A stretch of DNA of 64,000 bases from a virus (lineage: Duplodnaviria > Caudoviricetes), in the IMG/VR virus record IMGVR_UViG_3300029305_002470, positions 22,517-86,516 of that record. One strand, given 5' to 3'. Both the position numbers and the translations under genes were made by a program. How positions within the stretch are numbered: position 1 is the first letter of the stretch; each line of letters opens with the position of its first letter. Below, piece by piece: positions 1 through 9,827 of this stretch. The notes beneath the pieces are model-generated. The model was not told the DNA's origin. It was given only the letters and a program-made list of their open reading frames with translations, and searched no databases.

Positions 1-39
1 CATTTGCCATTTCTTTTATCTCCTTTATATATTATTTAA

Positions 40-1788
40 TTATATTGAATCCCACTTGCTTGTGGACTCTTTTGCAATAGGTTTAGGAATAGCCATAGAC
101 CAAATACTTGCAGACATTTCTTTTCTTGAACCATTATCAAATGCAAGAGCCTTGGCTTTATTTTTCCATCCATCAATATCAGAAAGCTTGCAAGCAAGAC
201 CTTCTTCTTTTAAGCTTTCAAGAGTTTCACTATCAACACACTCTCTAAGTTCTTCAAGTGTCTGTTGCACCGCAAAATCTCTTTCAGCATTTTCTTTATC
301 TTCTTTATACTTTTTAAGTTCAGCAATCTCTGCGTCTTTTTCCATTATAATATTTTCGAGTTCGCTGATTTTCTCATCTTTCTTTGCCATTTCTTCTTCG
401 GAGCATTCACACTCATCAGTGTCTTTATCGCACTCTGGACATTTTTCTTCATCTTCGCCCATTTCTTCATCTGAACACTCTTCTTTGTCAGCATCATCTT
501 CACTGCCATCGACCTTATCTTCCATGTCTTTGGCATCTTTTTCGTCATCTTCCTTAGAAGTTTCATCTTCTTTGGACGCATCTTCTGCCTTATCATTGTC
601 TTCTGCTTCGGCTTGTACTTTATCTTCCTTTTTTGTATCCCAATAAATATCAGCCTCAACATGTTTATCATCATCGTCAACTTCTACTTCAGCATCGACA
701 CGATAACGAACATCATCAATAGTGAAGATAATATGGTCTTTCTCAACAGAATCTACATAAGCATCCTTACCTTCATGCTCTTGCACTTTGGCAATAATGT
801 CGCCCCATGCTTCTCTGCCTTCAATCTCAAATTTTACAGACATATTTTCTTCCTCACCTTCTTCTGCCAATTTAAATTTCTTATAAAGCTTTTCAACTTT
901 AGAAACCACATCAGTTTCATTATGTTGTTTTGCATAAGCCAAAGCACTAGCCAATGCAAATCTATTATAATAAAAAGTATTATCTATTAATTCCATGACA
1001 GGATATTTTAATTTTTCAGATGGTGCATCTTCCCAACCATCTTCAACTTTCAAATATACCTTATCAACAAGTTCAGAACGATTAGAAGCTTCCATAATTT
1101 TATTTCTAAGCTCCGTTTTATCAACATCGCCCCATGGAGTATCTTTTAATTCTGTAGTATTAATAGAATAAGACTTATTTTCAAATTGTATAATTTGCTC
1201 ACGTTCTGCAAGCTTTTGCCATACAGATTTATAATATTTTTCACAATCAGATTGCACCGATGTATCTTCAAATCTTTTTATATTAATAGTAGAGCCAGGA
1301 GATGACGGTCTTACAGACATACCTAATACGGTTACACCCATAATATTAAAACGTTTAGCAGTAGTTCCATTATCATTTGGTTCTTCTTCTACGCCCATCT
1401 CTACACTAACAGACCTTGTATTATTTGCTTGTGTAAATATATTACAAAAATCTGAAGCATACTGTTTTGAAATTACCGCATCAGCAACTCCACGCAAAAA
1501 TCCTTGACGATTTCTTATATATCTTACTTCTTGCTCTCGTGGAAAATAACCAACTATAACTTCGTCTGCCGCATGTCCACTTGCATCTCCATAAGCAACT
1601 TTAGCTACTAAAAATTTACCTAATACGGTAGAAGCACATTGCTTAAAAACTTCTTCTGAAATATCAATTTTATGAGTATTAGCATTCGTGCCAAGAAAAT
1701 CCACAGCACCAACAATAAATTCATCTTCAGAATAGTTCTCCATATTAATAGTCATCAGTGCGCCATCTGACATTTTATAAATTGCCAA
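40..1788 (-). CDS. Prohead protease / scaffold protein (SPbeta YonD-like)
   Basis: N-terminal protease-like region (GHAADE, RSVSVEM) followed by a long acidic and coiled-coil scaffold tail. Lies downstream of portal. TTG start with GAGGTG RBS. Confidence 0.7.
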   Translation of the reverse strand: MAIYKMSDGALMTINMENYSEDEFIVGAVDFLGTNANTHKIDISEEVFKQCASTVLGKFLVAKVAYGDASGHAADEVIVGYFPREQEVRYIRNRQGFLRGVADAVISKQYASDFCNIFTQANNTRSVSVEMGVEEEPNDNGTTAKRFNIMGVTVLGMSVRPSSPGSTINIKRFEDTSVQSDCEKYYKSVWQKLAEREQIIQFENKSYSINTTELKDTPWGDVDKTELRNKIMEASNRSELVDKVYLKVEDGWEDAPSEKLKYPVMELIDNTFYYNRFALASALAYAKQHNETDVVSKVEKLYKKFKLAEEGEEENMSVKFEIEGREAWGDIIAKVQEHEGKDAYVDSVEKDHIIFTIDDVRYRVDAEVEVDDDDKHVEADIYWDTKKEDKVQAEAEDNDKAEDASKEDETSKEDDEKDAKDMEDKVDGSEDDADKEECSDEEMGEDEEKCPECDKDTDECECSEEEMAKKDEKISELENIIMEKDAEIAELKKYKEDKENAERDFAVQQTLEELRECVDSETLESLKEEGLACKLSDIDGWKNKAKALAFDNGSRKEMSASIWSMAIPKPIAKESTSKWDSI

Positions 1789-1987
1789 AACCGCTCACCT
1801 CTTTTCTGTTTTTTAATTCATTACAAGTGTTAATAAGATGTTCTAATAAATGACTTTTCTTATAATAATAAATATAATTATCATAATATTTTGGAATAAA
1901 CCCAACTTTCTGTAAATAATCATTTATTTCAGCATCCTTAACTGCTATATAAAGTTTACTACACATAGGTTTTTGTCTTAATAACAT
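1775..1987 (-). CDS. Small hypothetical protein between portal and protease
   Basis: 70 aa ORF with AGGTGA RBS, co-directional with the head genes. Confidence 0.6.
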   Translation of the reverse strand: MLLRQKPMCSKLYIAVKDAEINDYLQKVGFIPKYYDNYIYYYKKSHLLEHLINTCNELKNRKEVSGFGNL

Positions 1988-1995
1988 TTTATCAC

Positions 1996-3714
1996 CTATG
2001 CCCCCGATGTATCATAATCACTACTATTTGTAGAACTATCAGCCTTACGTGGTCTACCTGGTCTTCCAGTATGTATATAATTTGTTCCTTCTTGATTATA
2101 ATTTGATGCATTACCGCCTTGATTATTTTCATTAGAACCACCATTAATACCACCAGCCACACCAGGAGTAGTAAATATAGACTGTAACGAAGAACAATTC
2201 TTCATCCAAGAATCATCAGCACTGCTCTCCAATAACATATGACTAAACATCACTGGGTCATATCCAAAAGCACTTGCAAATGCGGTATCATTTAATACAA
2301 TACCAGTTTGAGCAAGCTTCATAATTCCCTCTTTACGCCATTCTCTTTCGAAACCATAAACACTACCATCAAATGCAAATTTAAATTTATAATGTTTTGT
2401 TAATCTATTCACATAAAAATCTAAAAAATTATTAAATTGTGTATAAACTTTACGCATTACATTATAATCTGCAAGTATAGCGTTTCTAATTTCTTCTTGA
2501 GACATTTTATCAGAAGAATATAAAATTCTACTTGCTCCAGCACCGCTAGCTAATGTAGTCTTATATTGACTTTCAGCCATAGAAGTATTCTCATCTTTAT
2601 ATTGATAAAACTTAGTTTCTTCTGATGGCATCGCTCCAACCACAACATGCTTACCAATTGCATTTTTAACAATTTGTAAAAGCGTACCAAGTCTAACAGG
2701 GTCAAAAGCGGTAGCATTTGATTCATTAGATTTAAGCATCTTTATTTCTCCAATAAGATATGCATATGCACCCAACGCATCTTTATCATATTGAAGTTTT
2801 CTTGTTGGTATATTCATAATGGCATCACGCATAAGCGATGCTAAAAATGGTACATCATTAAATGTAGAATCATCTAACTTAAATACCCATGCACCACTAG
2901 GCAAACCATTATGTTCATATATAGGACTTGTCTGTGTCCAATAAGCAAACATACCAGTACGCTTATCTAGTTTATTAGTTGGATTATAATTATAATAAAC
3001 TCCGTTGCCACTATACATTCTGGCCATAAATTCTTTAAATACTGGGTCAAAACCATCTATGTCTACGCCTGGTTGTAAAAAATAATTCATATCAAAATCA
3101 TATAAATATCCTTTTTCCCATGCACCAGTAATTAAACAATATTCTTGCGGCATTAATTGTAATGTATATTGTGGGTTATTTATATCATTATTATTTCGCA
3201 ACCAATAAAAAGCTGTTTCACTACGCATCATTTGACGCACAACTTTTAAAAACTCTTTCTTATAATTAAAATGAGTTAAAAATTCTTCAACCTTTTGTTT
3301 ATCTTTTTTATATTTAGGAGTGCTAAACTCACTTTTATTTTTAACATTAACACATGTATAAGATAAATCAAAAGATAATATATTGGCATAATATTCAAGC
3401 AATCTTTTGAATGTTATCTCTGCCAACTCCATCCACTCTTGATAATTCCTAAGTTCTTTAGCATTATTTTTTGCATTTCCTAATGCTTTTACTAAAGCAT
3501 CATAAGTCGGAGTTTTAGGGTTGTTATTAAGATTAATTAAATTTTGATTTAACAGAGAAGGGGTAAACATATTATTTACATTTAACAATGTATCACTAAA
3601 CGCAACCGCAACTTCTTTTAACCATTCTGCTTGTTCAGCAGAAAGCATTTCATGAAAATCATTTGCCAACCTTATTATACCCCCTTTCTTTAAACTAACA
3701 TTATATTCTTCCAA
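1996..3714 (-). CDS. Portal protein (SPbeta YonE-like)
   Basis: 572 aa, directly downstream of TerL and upstream of the protease; sequence style matches SPbeta-like portals. Confidence 0.75.
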   Translation of the reverse strand: MEEYNVSLKKGGIIRLANDFHEMLSAEQAEWLKEVAVAFSDTLLNVNNMFTPSLLNQNLINLNNNPKTPTYDALVKALGNAKNNAKELRNYQEWMELAEITFKRLLEYYANILSFDLSYTCVNVKNKSEFSTPKYKKDKQKVEEFLTHFNYKKEFLKVVRQMMRSETAFYWLRNNNDINNPQYTLQLMPQEYCLITGAWEKGYLYDFDMNYFLQPGVDIDGFDPVFKEFMARMYSGNGVYYNYNPTNKLDKRTGMFAYWTQTSPIYEHNGLPSGAWVFKLDDSTFNDVPFLASLMRDAIMNIPTRKLQYDKDALGAYAYLIGEIKMLKSNESNATAFDPVRLGTLLQIVKNAIGKHVVVGAMPSEETKFYQYKDENTSMAESQYKTTLASGAGASRILYSSDKMSQEEIRNAILADYNVMRKVYTQFNNFLDFYVNRLTKHYKFKFAFDGSVYGFEREWRKEGIMKLAQTGIVLNDTAFASAFGYDPVMFSHMLLESSADDSWMKNCSSLQSIFTTPGVAGGINGGSNENNQGGNASNYNQEGTNYIHTGRPGRPRKADSSTNSSDYDTSGA

Positions 3715-4943
3715 GCATCTTCATCAAATTCTTCTACTTGGTCTTGTTTCGATAATTTATTTTCTAATATATTAAAAAACATATTTCCATATGCCAAAGT
3801 AACAATACGGTCTTTGGTAAATGAACGTGGTTCTTTTAACTTTATTTTACCTTCACGCACTTCTTGCCGTAGAGAGATAGCTTCTTGTACTAAAAATTCC
3901 GTTTGAGTGAATGGTAATTTTTCTCTCATACGTTCTGTACTTGTCATCTTAATATAATCTTTACGTTTTACTAATTCAGTATCAAAAGAAACATCATCTA
4001 TTAATAAACGTAATTTATTATCAACCATAGATGACCGTAATGCTCTCCACATTTTATCATTAAATTCTAAAGAACCTTGAACTGGAACCACAACAGGTTT
4101 TGCTTTTGGGTCAACAGTTCTTGAAGCTAAATCATTAATCTTGGCTTCCGTTAAAAAATGAAGTTTATTATCTGTAACAACAGTAAATCCACTACTATCC
4201 CATATATTATTATCTCTTGTAGGATGTATATATGGTTTTGTTAATGCAGTATATCTATCTTCTCCACCTGAACGTAAATCAAGAACAATATAATCAGCTT
4301 GATAATCATAAAACAATTCTCTTATCCTACGTTGTGTTAATTCAGATTCTCCACCACTTAAAGTTTCAAGATAATCTAAATTACGAATCATTTCACCTTT
4401 ATCATAAAAACCACTTTGACATTCTATAACAGTATTATCGTTTGCCTCATATTTATTTACGGTATTAGAAAACGCAAAGTCAATTACAATAAGTCTAATT
4501 TCATTAGATTTTTTATCTCTATTTTGCATCTTAATACCATTAATAAATTCTGTTTCTGTAGGTGGTCTAAAAGCTTTATGCATCTTTTGACATTTACGTA
4601 ATAACTCTAATGGGAAATATGCATTTTCTGCTTCACCTAACGCTTCATTAAGATATTCCATACGAATATCAGCCTCAGATGTAGTCTTCTGGATTTTTTG
4701 CCACTCCCCCACGGTTTTGAGCCCGTAGCGTAAGCTTGTATATATATCAGCCGCAAAGAAATTATAAGGGACACTCTTGTTTAAAAAAGATTCTTCTACA
4801 ACTCTCTTAAACAATCTGTAATACCACTCAGCTTTATAACGTGCTGACGTTATATATATAGATATACCTTCTTCATAATATGTACTATCTTCTGAATATT
4901 CTTCTTTTTGAAGATATATAGGTTGACGAGGATGAAGCATCGG
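3690..4943 (-). CDS. terL: Terminase large subunit, 3-prime exon (nuclease domain)
   Basis: HPRQP...ITSA motif C region, DFAF and D-x-R-S-G-G nuclease-like motifs, KDR-x-V-T-L-A-Y-G C-terminus. The exact exon start is uncertain. Confidence 0.85.
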   Translation of the reverse strand, partial: PMLHPRQPIYLQKEEYSEDSTYYEEGISIYITSARYKAEWYYRLFKRVVEESFLNKSVPYNFFAADIYTSLRYGLKTVGEWQKIQKTTSEADIRMEYLNEALGEAENAYFPLELLRKCQKMHKAFRPPTETEFINGIKMQNRDKKSNEIRLIVIDFAFSNTVNKYEANDNTVIECQSGFYDKGEMIRNLDYLETLSGGESELTQRRIRELFYDYQADYIVLDLRSGGEDRYTALTKPYIHPTRDNNIWDSSGFTVVTDNKLHFLTEAKINDLASRTVDPKAKPVVVPVQGSLEFNDKMWRALRSSMVDNKLRLLIDDVSFDTELVKRKDYIKMTSTERMREKLPFTQTEFLVQEAISLRQEVREGKIKLKEPRSFTKDRIVTLAYGNMFFNILENKLSKQDQVEEFDEDAWKNIMLV

Positions 4944-6186
4944 TGTTATGTTCGTATAAGGTCGCAACGCTTATACCGTTCTCTTATGAACTGCTTATAT
5001 TTTCATATAAGACCAGACTATATGTTTTTCTTTTATTCTATATCTTTTATAATTTCACAATATTTATTATCTGTAGTACACAAATAATAAATAGCTTCTT
5101 GTAATTCTCCTATGGTTGGTGCTTCATAATTCCCTTTTATACGAATAATCTTAAATCCTTCTTGATATACAAATGCATCTCTATTAGCATCTTGCTTTTT
5201 TCTATTTTTATGCCAATACTGACCATCATATTCAATGTCAATCTTGCAACCATTGACATCTATCATACAATCCATACAAATTCTATCGTATATATATGAT
5301 GGATGTGCATTATTACCATATAAAGATATTAACATATCGCACATTATTCTTTCAACTTTAGATGTTGGATAATGACCATTGGCTAGTCTTGTTCGCCAAT
5401 ACTTATTACCAAACTCATCAGTTTGAGAATACCAATCTACACCATATTTTTTGCGCATAGTATTATGATATTTTTGTTTACTTGCAGGACATTGTATAGT
5501 ATATTCTACACCATATATATCCATCATAGACCTTTTAATCTTTTGTTTAATATCTTCGTTTTTAAAAACACAATTACACCCATATTTTTTTATATTAGTT
5601 TGTTGTGTCTTTAAACTTCGACATTTATAAGAAGAACAAGCGTCTATTGTGTCATCTTTATCATGTCTACTACGCCACTCTTTATATGTTTTTGTATACT
5701 CTTTACCACAAAAATCACATTTTACTGTTATTATTGCAGTACAAGATTTTGATAAATCATTTATATCAACTTCAAACTCATCACCACATTGTGTGAAACG
5801 ATATCCTAAATCCACATATCGTTTTTTATTAGCGTTATTCCATTTTAATAATGTTGTTTTACTTACTATCATTTTTAAATTCACTAATATATAATAAAAG
5901 AAATCAAATTTTTCCATTGCCATTAGCTTGCAATGTACTCCGACTCAATCGGATAGTCGTTGAAGGTCTTCCATATATTATAAATAATACTTAGGACTTT
6001 CCCTGCTGAACTTCCATTGTTGCTAAATACTTAGGATTTAACCTTATATTCATCTTGTATCTTTTTTCTGTTTTCACAACCATTCAGTTTATTGTTTCCA
6101 ATTACTGTTTAGGCATACAAGCTTTAGGATTTACCAGCAATTAACTTGAAGTACGTACCAATTACTTGATACGCAGAGCCTACTTA
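4944..6186 (-). mobile_element. Group I intron (IA-like) in terL, carrying an endonuclease ORF
   Basis: Read on the minus strand: P1 hairpin GAGT-AAGTAG-GCTC (6189-6176), TAATTGCTGGTAAATCCTAAAG, TTCAGCAGGG, R element TTCAACGACTA (5964-5954), S element CATATAGTCT (5024-5015), P9 hairpins. Boundaries are uncertain by a few nt. Confidence 0.85.
5033..5923 (-). CDS. Intron-encoded homing endonuclease, Vsr/EDxHD-like C-terminal nuclease with Zn-ribbon and KKYG repeats
   Basis: CDFCGKEY Zn motif, repeated N-x-KKYG units, C-terminal DIEYDGQYWH. Lies between the R and S elements. The true start may be the ATG at 5872. Confidence 0.75.
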   Translation of the reverse strand: MAMEKFDFFYYILVNLKMIVSKTTLLKWNNANKKRYVDLGYRFTQCGDEFEVDINDLSKSCTAIITVKCDFCGKEYTKTYKEWRSRHDKDDTIDACSSYKCRSLKTQQTNIKKYGCNCVFKNEDIKQKIKRSMMDIYGVEYTIQCPASKQKYHNTMRKKYGVDWYSQTDEFGNKYWRTRLANGHYPTSKVERIMCDMLISLYGNNAHPSYIYDRICMDCMIDVNGCKIDIEYDGQYWHKNRKKQDANRDAFVYQEGFKIIRIKGNYEAPTIGELQEAIYYLCTTDNKYCEIIKDIE

Positions 6187-6780
6187 CTCAAAAATACTAT
6201 CAACATCACCCTTTTTAAGCAGTCTACATTCTTCATATACAAGTAATGTAGCTCTCGAACCTCTTGATGAATCAACAGGTGGTAATACTTTAATAGAACT
6301 ACCATTAAAGAAATTAACTTCAACTTCATCTTTAGAAGATTTAATAGTTATCATACCCTTTTCATACATATATTTTAATACAGGTGATAACTTTTTAATA
6401 AGTTCATTTTTAATTTTATGCTCGACCATTTTACGACCCTGTTCAAGAGTGGATGCTGTAATAACAGCTTCAGTATATGGTTTTAATAAACAAACACAAA
6501 TACAATAAAGAGCTACAATAAAACTCTTAGAACTTGCCCTGCTACATATACCAAACCAAACTTGACTTATGCCCATCATATAAAGCATAATACGTTGAAA
6601 CGGTCTTAATTTTATCCTTAATTTATCTTCGGCATATATATCAATATTACGTCTATAAAATGTTGTCCATTTTTTTATTTGGGTTTTACGCTCTTCTTCT
6701 GTTAATTTAGGTTTAATAGATTTATCGGTTTCACGCTTCATACGAATAACTTTATTTAAATCTTTACGGTCATTCGTCAT
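6187..6780 (-). CDS. terL: Terminase large subunit, 5-prime exon (ATPase domain)
   Basis: LRPFQ adenine-binding motif, CSRASSKS Walker A variant, SRGSRATLLVYEECR Walker B; ends at an in-frame TAA at the intron start. Confidence 0.9.
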
Positions 6781-7678
6781 TCAATATATCCTTATTATCC
6801 TCAACCCAATCTTCTGTGTCTTCTTTCTCAATATTGTAATCTTTAGACCCAGTTATAAGATTAAGAAGTGGACGCTTAATTTCTCTTATCCATCCAGCAT
6901 GAATACCTCTAAAATCTTTATACATATTTTTATCTTTATAATATTCAGCAGGTTCTTCATTCTCCATTAGCCAAATATCATATTCAATCATTTTTTCAAC
7001 ATCAGTTTTTTGTCGCTCAACTTCAAACTTATCTATACCCAAAGCTTTCATCATGTCTATCTGACGTTTCATAGCTTTATCAACATCATTACCTTCCCAA
7101 ATATCAAGTTCGGCAAGACATAAATTTCTATATAATTGTTCTTGAGCAACATCTAATTCTTTATTTTTAACATAAGAAGCCCATCGACTTTCAAGATACT
7201 GTAATTGTGTAGTATCTTTATCTTCTCCCCATCTATAACGCAATTCTTTTTGTTCTTCTTCAATAGCCTTTTCAGACTTCTGAATAGAAGCTATATCTTT
7301 AAAATCTACATCTGTACCATCAAAGCCAGTCCATGCTTCTTTTTCAGCTTTGGTTTTATTAGCTTGAAAACATCTCGTATAATTACCCCAATAACTTTTA
7401 GTTTTATAATCTTTGATATTGGTCATATACATATTATATAGCTTTCTTACAAATGGCACACCCATATCTGCACAAGTATAAAATATAGCCGCTTCCATAT
7501 TGCGATATTTTTTTAAATAATCTTGTGCAATTTTATTACTGCATTCTCTACAATATGGTTGTACTCCATTAGCATGTCTAGGATTTGGAGATTTATAAAA
7601 ATCTTCTATTGGATACATTCTGCCACAACCTATACAGAAACTTTCTATAGGTTTTATAGTTGCACCTTTTTTTGGCAT
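6770..7678 (-). CDS. Zn-finger protein upstream of TerL (possible terminase small subunit)
   Basis: CIGCG...CREC Zn motif, GGAG RBS before ATG 7678, overlaps the terL start. Confidence 0.5.
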   Translation of the reverse strand: MPKKGATIKPIESFCIGCGRMYPIEDFYKSPNPRHANGVQPYCRECSNKIAQDYLKKYRNMEAAIFYTCADMGVPFVRKLYNMYMTNIKDYKTKSYWGNYTRCFQANKTKAEKEAWTGFDGTDVDFKDIASIQKSEKAIEEEQKELRYRWGEDKDTTQLQYLESRWASYVKNKELDVAQEQLYRNLCLAELDIWEGNDVDKAMKRQIDMMKALGIDKFEVERQKTDVEKMIEYDIWLMENEEPAEYYKDKNMYKDFRGIHAGWIREIKRPLLNLITGSKDYNIEKEDTEDWVEDNKDILNDE

Positions 7679-7735
7679 ATAACCATCTCCTTTTATTCTA
7701 AGCAATAAAAAAGATAGCCATATAGACTATCTATT

Positions 7736-8899
7736 TTAATCAACAATTATTTCTATTACACATCTATCTTCATCGTATATAATTAACGTTTGACTTGGCT
7801 TAGTTACCGCTCTAAGATTTAAAGCATATTCATCACTGCCACAAAGACTACCATTAACAGTTACATATATATTTGATTCATTTATATCTTTATGCGCATG
7901 TGTATGTCCTAAATGTATTTCATCTGGAACGCATTTATATATTTTACTAAAATCTTCGATAACTTGGTTTACCTTATCATGTTGTCCATGAGCTAAACAG
8001 ATAATTTTATTATTAAATGTATATTTAACAAAATCTAAACCACCAGATGTTGTAATAGTTATATCCTTATCTAATTTTAATTTAAGAAATTCTGGAATTA
8101 ACATTTCCATATTTTCTTTATTAATAGATTCTTTTTTATTTGGAATAAGTCTACCATGATTGCCCAACGTAGTAATTACTTTAATACTACGTACATAAGG
8201 TTTTAATTCATTAATAAAATACGCTAACATATTTGACACAATAACAATTTGTGAAACCGCATCTTCTTCAGATTGTATTCTATTACTTACATTAATAATT
8301 CCATGCGACATATCACCATTTATCTCAATTGCCAAATCTGTAATATTATAATTAAGTATATATTTTTTTAATTTATTTAATAATTGTTCCATACGTTCAT
8401 GGGCAATCTCAACAGAATAACAATTAAATTGAGTATCTATTAAACTACCAACATGCCAATCTGACAACATTACAATAGCACTCTTTGAATTATTTTTCTT
8501 TTCAACACGTTCACCATATTTATATGTTGGCAACTCATCAAGATTTTGTAATGCAGATTTTAATACATCTACAAGATTTTCATATCTTGCTTCTGCCATC
8601 AATTCTTTTCGATATTCTCTACGAGCATCTTGATATTTAATCTTTTCTTTATATACTTCCTTTTTTAAAGTTTTTAATCTATCTAATTCTTCTTGAGAAC
8701 AGTAATCATTTTGAAATTTTTCTTGATAATGCTTCGCAACTGCATATCCACTATACCGTCCCCCATTAAAAGATTTTCTTAAAGAATCGGGATGTACGGA
8801 TATATCAAGCTCATCCACCATCTCTTCCCAACTCCTATCATCAACCCCTTCAACTTTATCAATTAAAAGCTGAAGTTCATCTTCATATGACTTGGGCAT
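7736..8899 (-). CDS. Calcineurin-like metallophosphoesterase
   Basis: SDWHVG, NGDM, GNHGR, HG and HLGHTH motifs. Confidence 0.8.
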   Translation of the reverse strand: MPKSYEDELQLLIDKVEGVDDRSWEEMVDELDISVHPDSLRKSFNGGRYSGYAVAKHYQEKFQNDYCSQEELDRLKTLKKEVYKEKIKYQDARREYRKELMAEARYENLVDVLKSALQNLDELPTYKYGERVEKKNNSKSAIVMLSDWHVGSLIDTQFNCYSVEIAHERMEQLLNKLKKYILNYNITDLAIEINGDMSHGIINVSNRIQSEEDAVSQIVIVSNMLAYFINELKPYVRSIKVITTLGNHGRLIPNKKESINKENMEMLIPEFLKLKLDKDITITTSGGLDFVKYTFNNKIICLAHGQHDKVNQVIEDFSKIYKCVPDEIHLGHTHAHKDINESNIYVTVNGSLCGSDEYALNLRAVTKPSQTLIIYDEDRCVIEIIVD

Positions 8900-8901
8900 A
8901 A

Positions 8902-9390
8902 TTATGTTCTCCTTTTAATTTGCATACGAGTATCCTTGACAATCTCTCTAATGTTTTCGCCAGTATCTCGTTTTCTTTCCAACATTCTTCTAATATCCGT
9001 TTTGCTCTTTTCTGCATCACGTTCTTCTAATTCTTGTTCGAGTGCAGTAAGAGTTCCACGTTTTTTATTTCTACGCCCCTCTTTACTTACAATAGCATCA
9101 TTTACATAATCTTTAAAATTTTGACTAGCCGTAAATTTAGGAGCATAATGAATAGGGACGAAATACATTAGTCCATCTCGCCCTCGTCTTTCATAGCCTC
9201 CAGTTTCTAATAAATAAAACTTTCCAATATTTTTTAATCTTACAGAGCCATTATATCTAACTTCTTCTCTAATTGTATCTAATAAACCATTATAGATTTC
9301 TTCCATATGACTTTCCACAAATTTATTTTGGAAGTTGCATCTATTATACCACATTTGCAAAAACTGCTTGTGTTTTAAAGTCTTACCCAT
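8902..9390 (-). CDS. HU/IHF-like DNA-binding protein
   Basis: VRLKNIGKF...PKFTASQNFKD beta-arm signature. Confidence 0.65.
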   Translation of the reverse strand: MGKTLKHKQFLQMWYNRCNFQNKFVESHMEEIYNGLLDTIREEVRYNGSVRLKNIGKFYLLETGGYERRGRDGLMYFVPIHYAPKFTASQNFKDYVNDAIVSKEGRRNKKRGTLTALEQELEERDAEKSKTDIRRMLERKRDTGENIREIVKDTRMQIKRRT

Positions 9391-9713
9391 TAGAACACCT
9401 TACCTAAAGTTTCTTCTTTCATTTCCGCCTTAATAGCAGGACGAAATCTAAAAGTAGGTTTATTAAATGCTTGCTGTGCAGGCAACATCATTTTTTCTTT
9501 AGTAAATGGATTAATGCCTTGTCTTGCAGGTTTAGCATCAACTTGTGTATTAGAAAAAGTTCCGATATTAGGAATACCAACTTCATATCCAGTCATAATA
9601 GCTTCCTTTAAAACTGAATAATAAGCTTCTAAAATTATACTAACATCTTTTTTATATTTATTAGACTGTAATGCTACTAAGCGTTCTAATTCACTTCTTG
9701 TTAATTTTCGCAT
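9390..9713 (-). CDS. HU-like DNA-binding protein
   Basis: IPNIGTF...ARQGINPFTKEKMMLPA...PTFRF signature. Confidence 0.85.
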   Translation of the reverse strand: MRKLTRSELERLVALQSNKYKKDVSIILEAYYSVLKEAIMTGYEVGIPNIGTFSNTQVDAKPARQGINPFTKEKMMLPAQQAFNKPTFRFRPAIKAEMKEETLGKVF

Positions 9714-9827
9714 TACTATTTCCTCTCATTCATTATATACTTTTACATCCTTGTTTCCCTAACTGTTATATTTGTAGTAATATTAACAAAGTAACAAAAC
9801 ACCATGATTTCAAAGTTTGTGATATTT

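Noticed and set aside
56-990. Plus-strand Ser/Phe-rich ORFs (56-646, 265-474, 613-990) and the many other antisense or alternate-frame ORFs in the track
   Set aside because: Shadows of real genes on the opposite strand or in another frame; no RBS and biased composition
6180-6189. GTAAGT spliceosomal-like donor, or T4 gene 60-style ribosomal bypass at GAG-TAA
   Set aside because: Bacterial phage context, a clear group I core is present, and a 1.2 kb gap is far too long for bypassing
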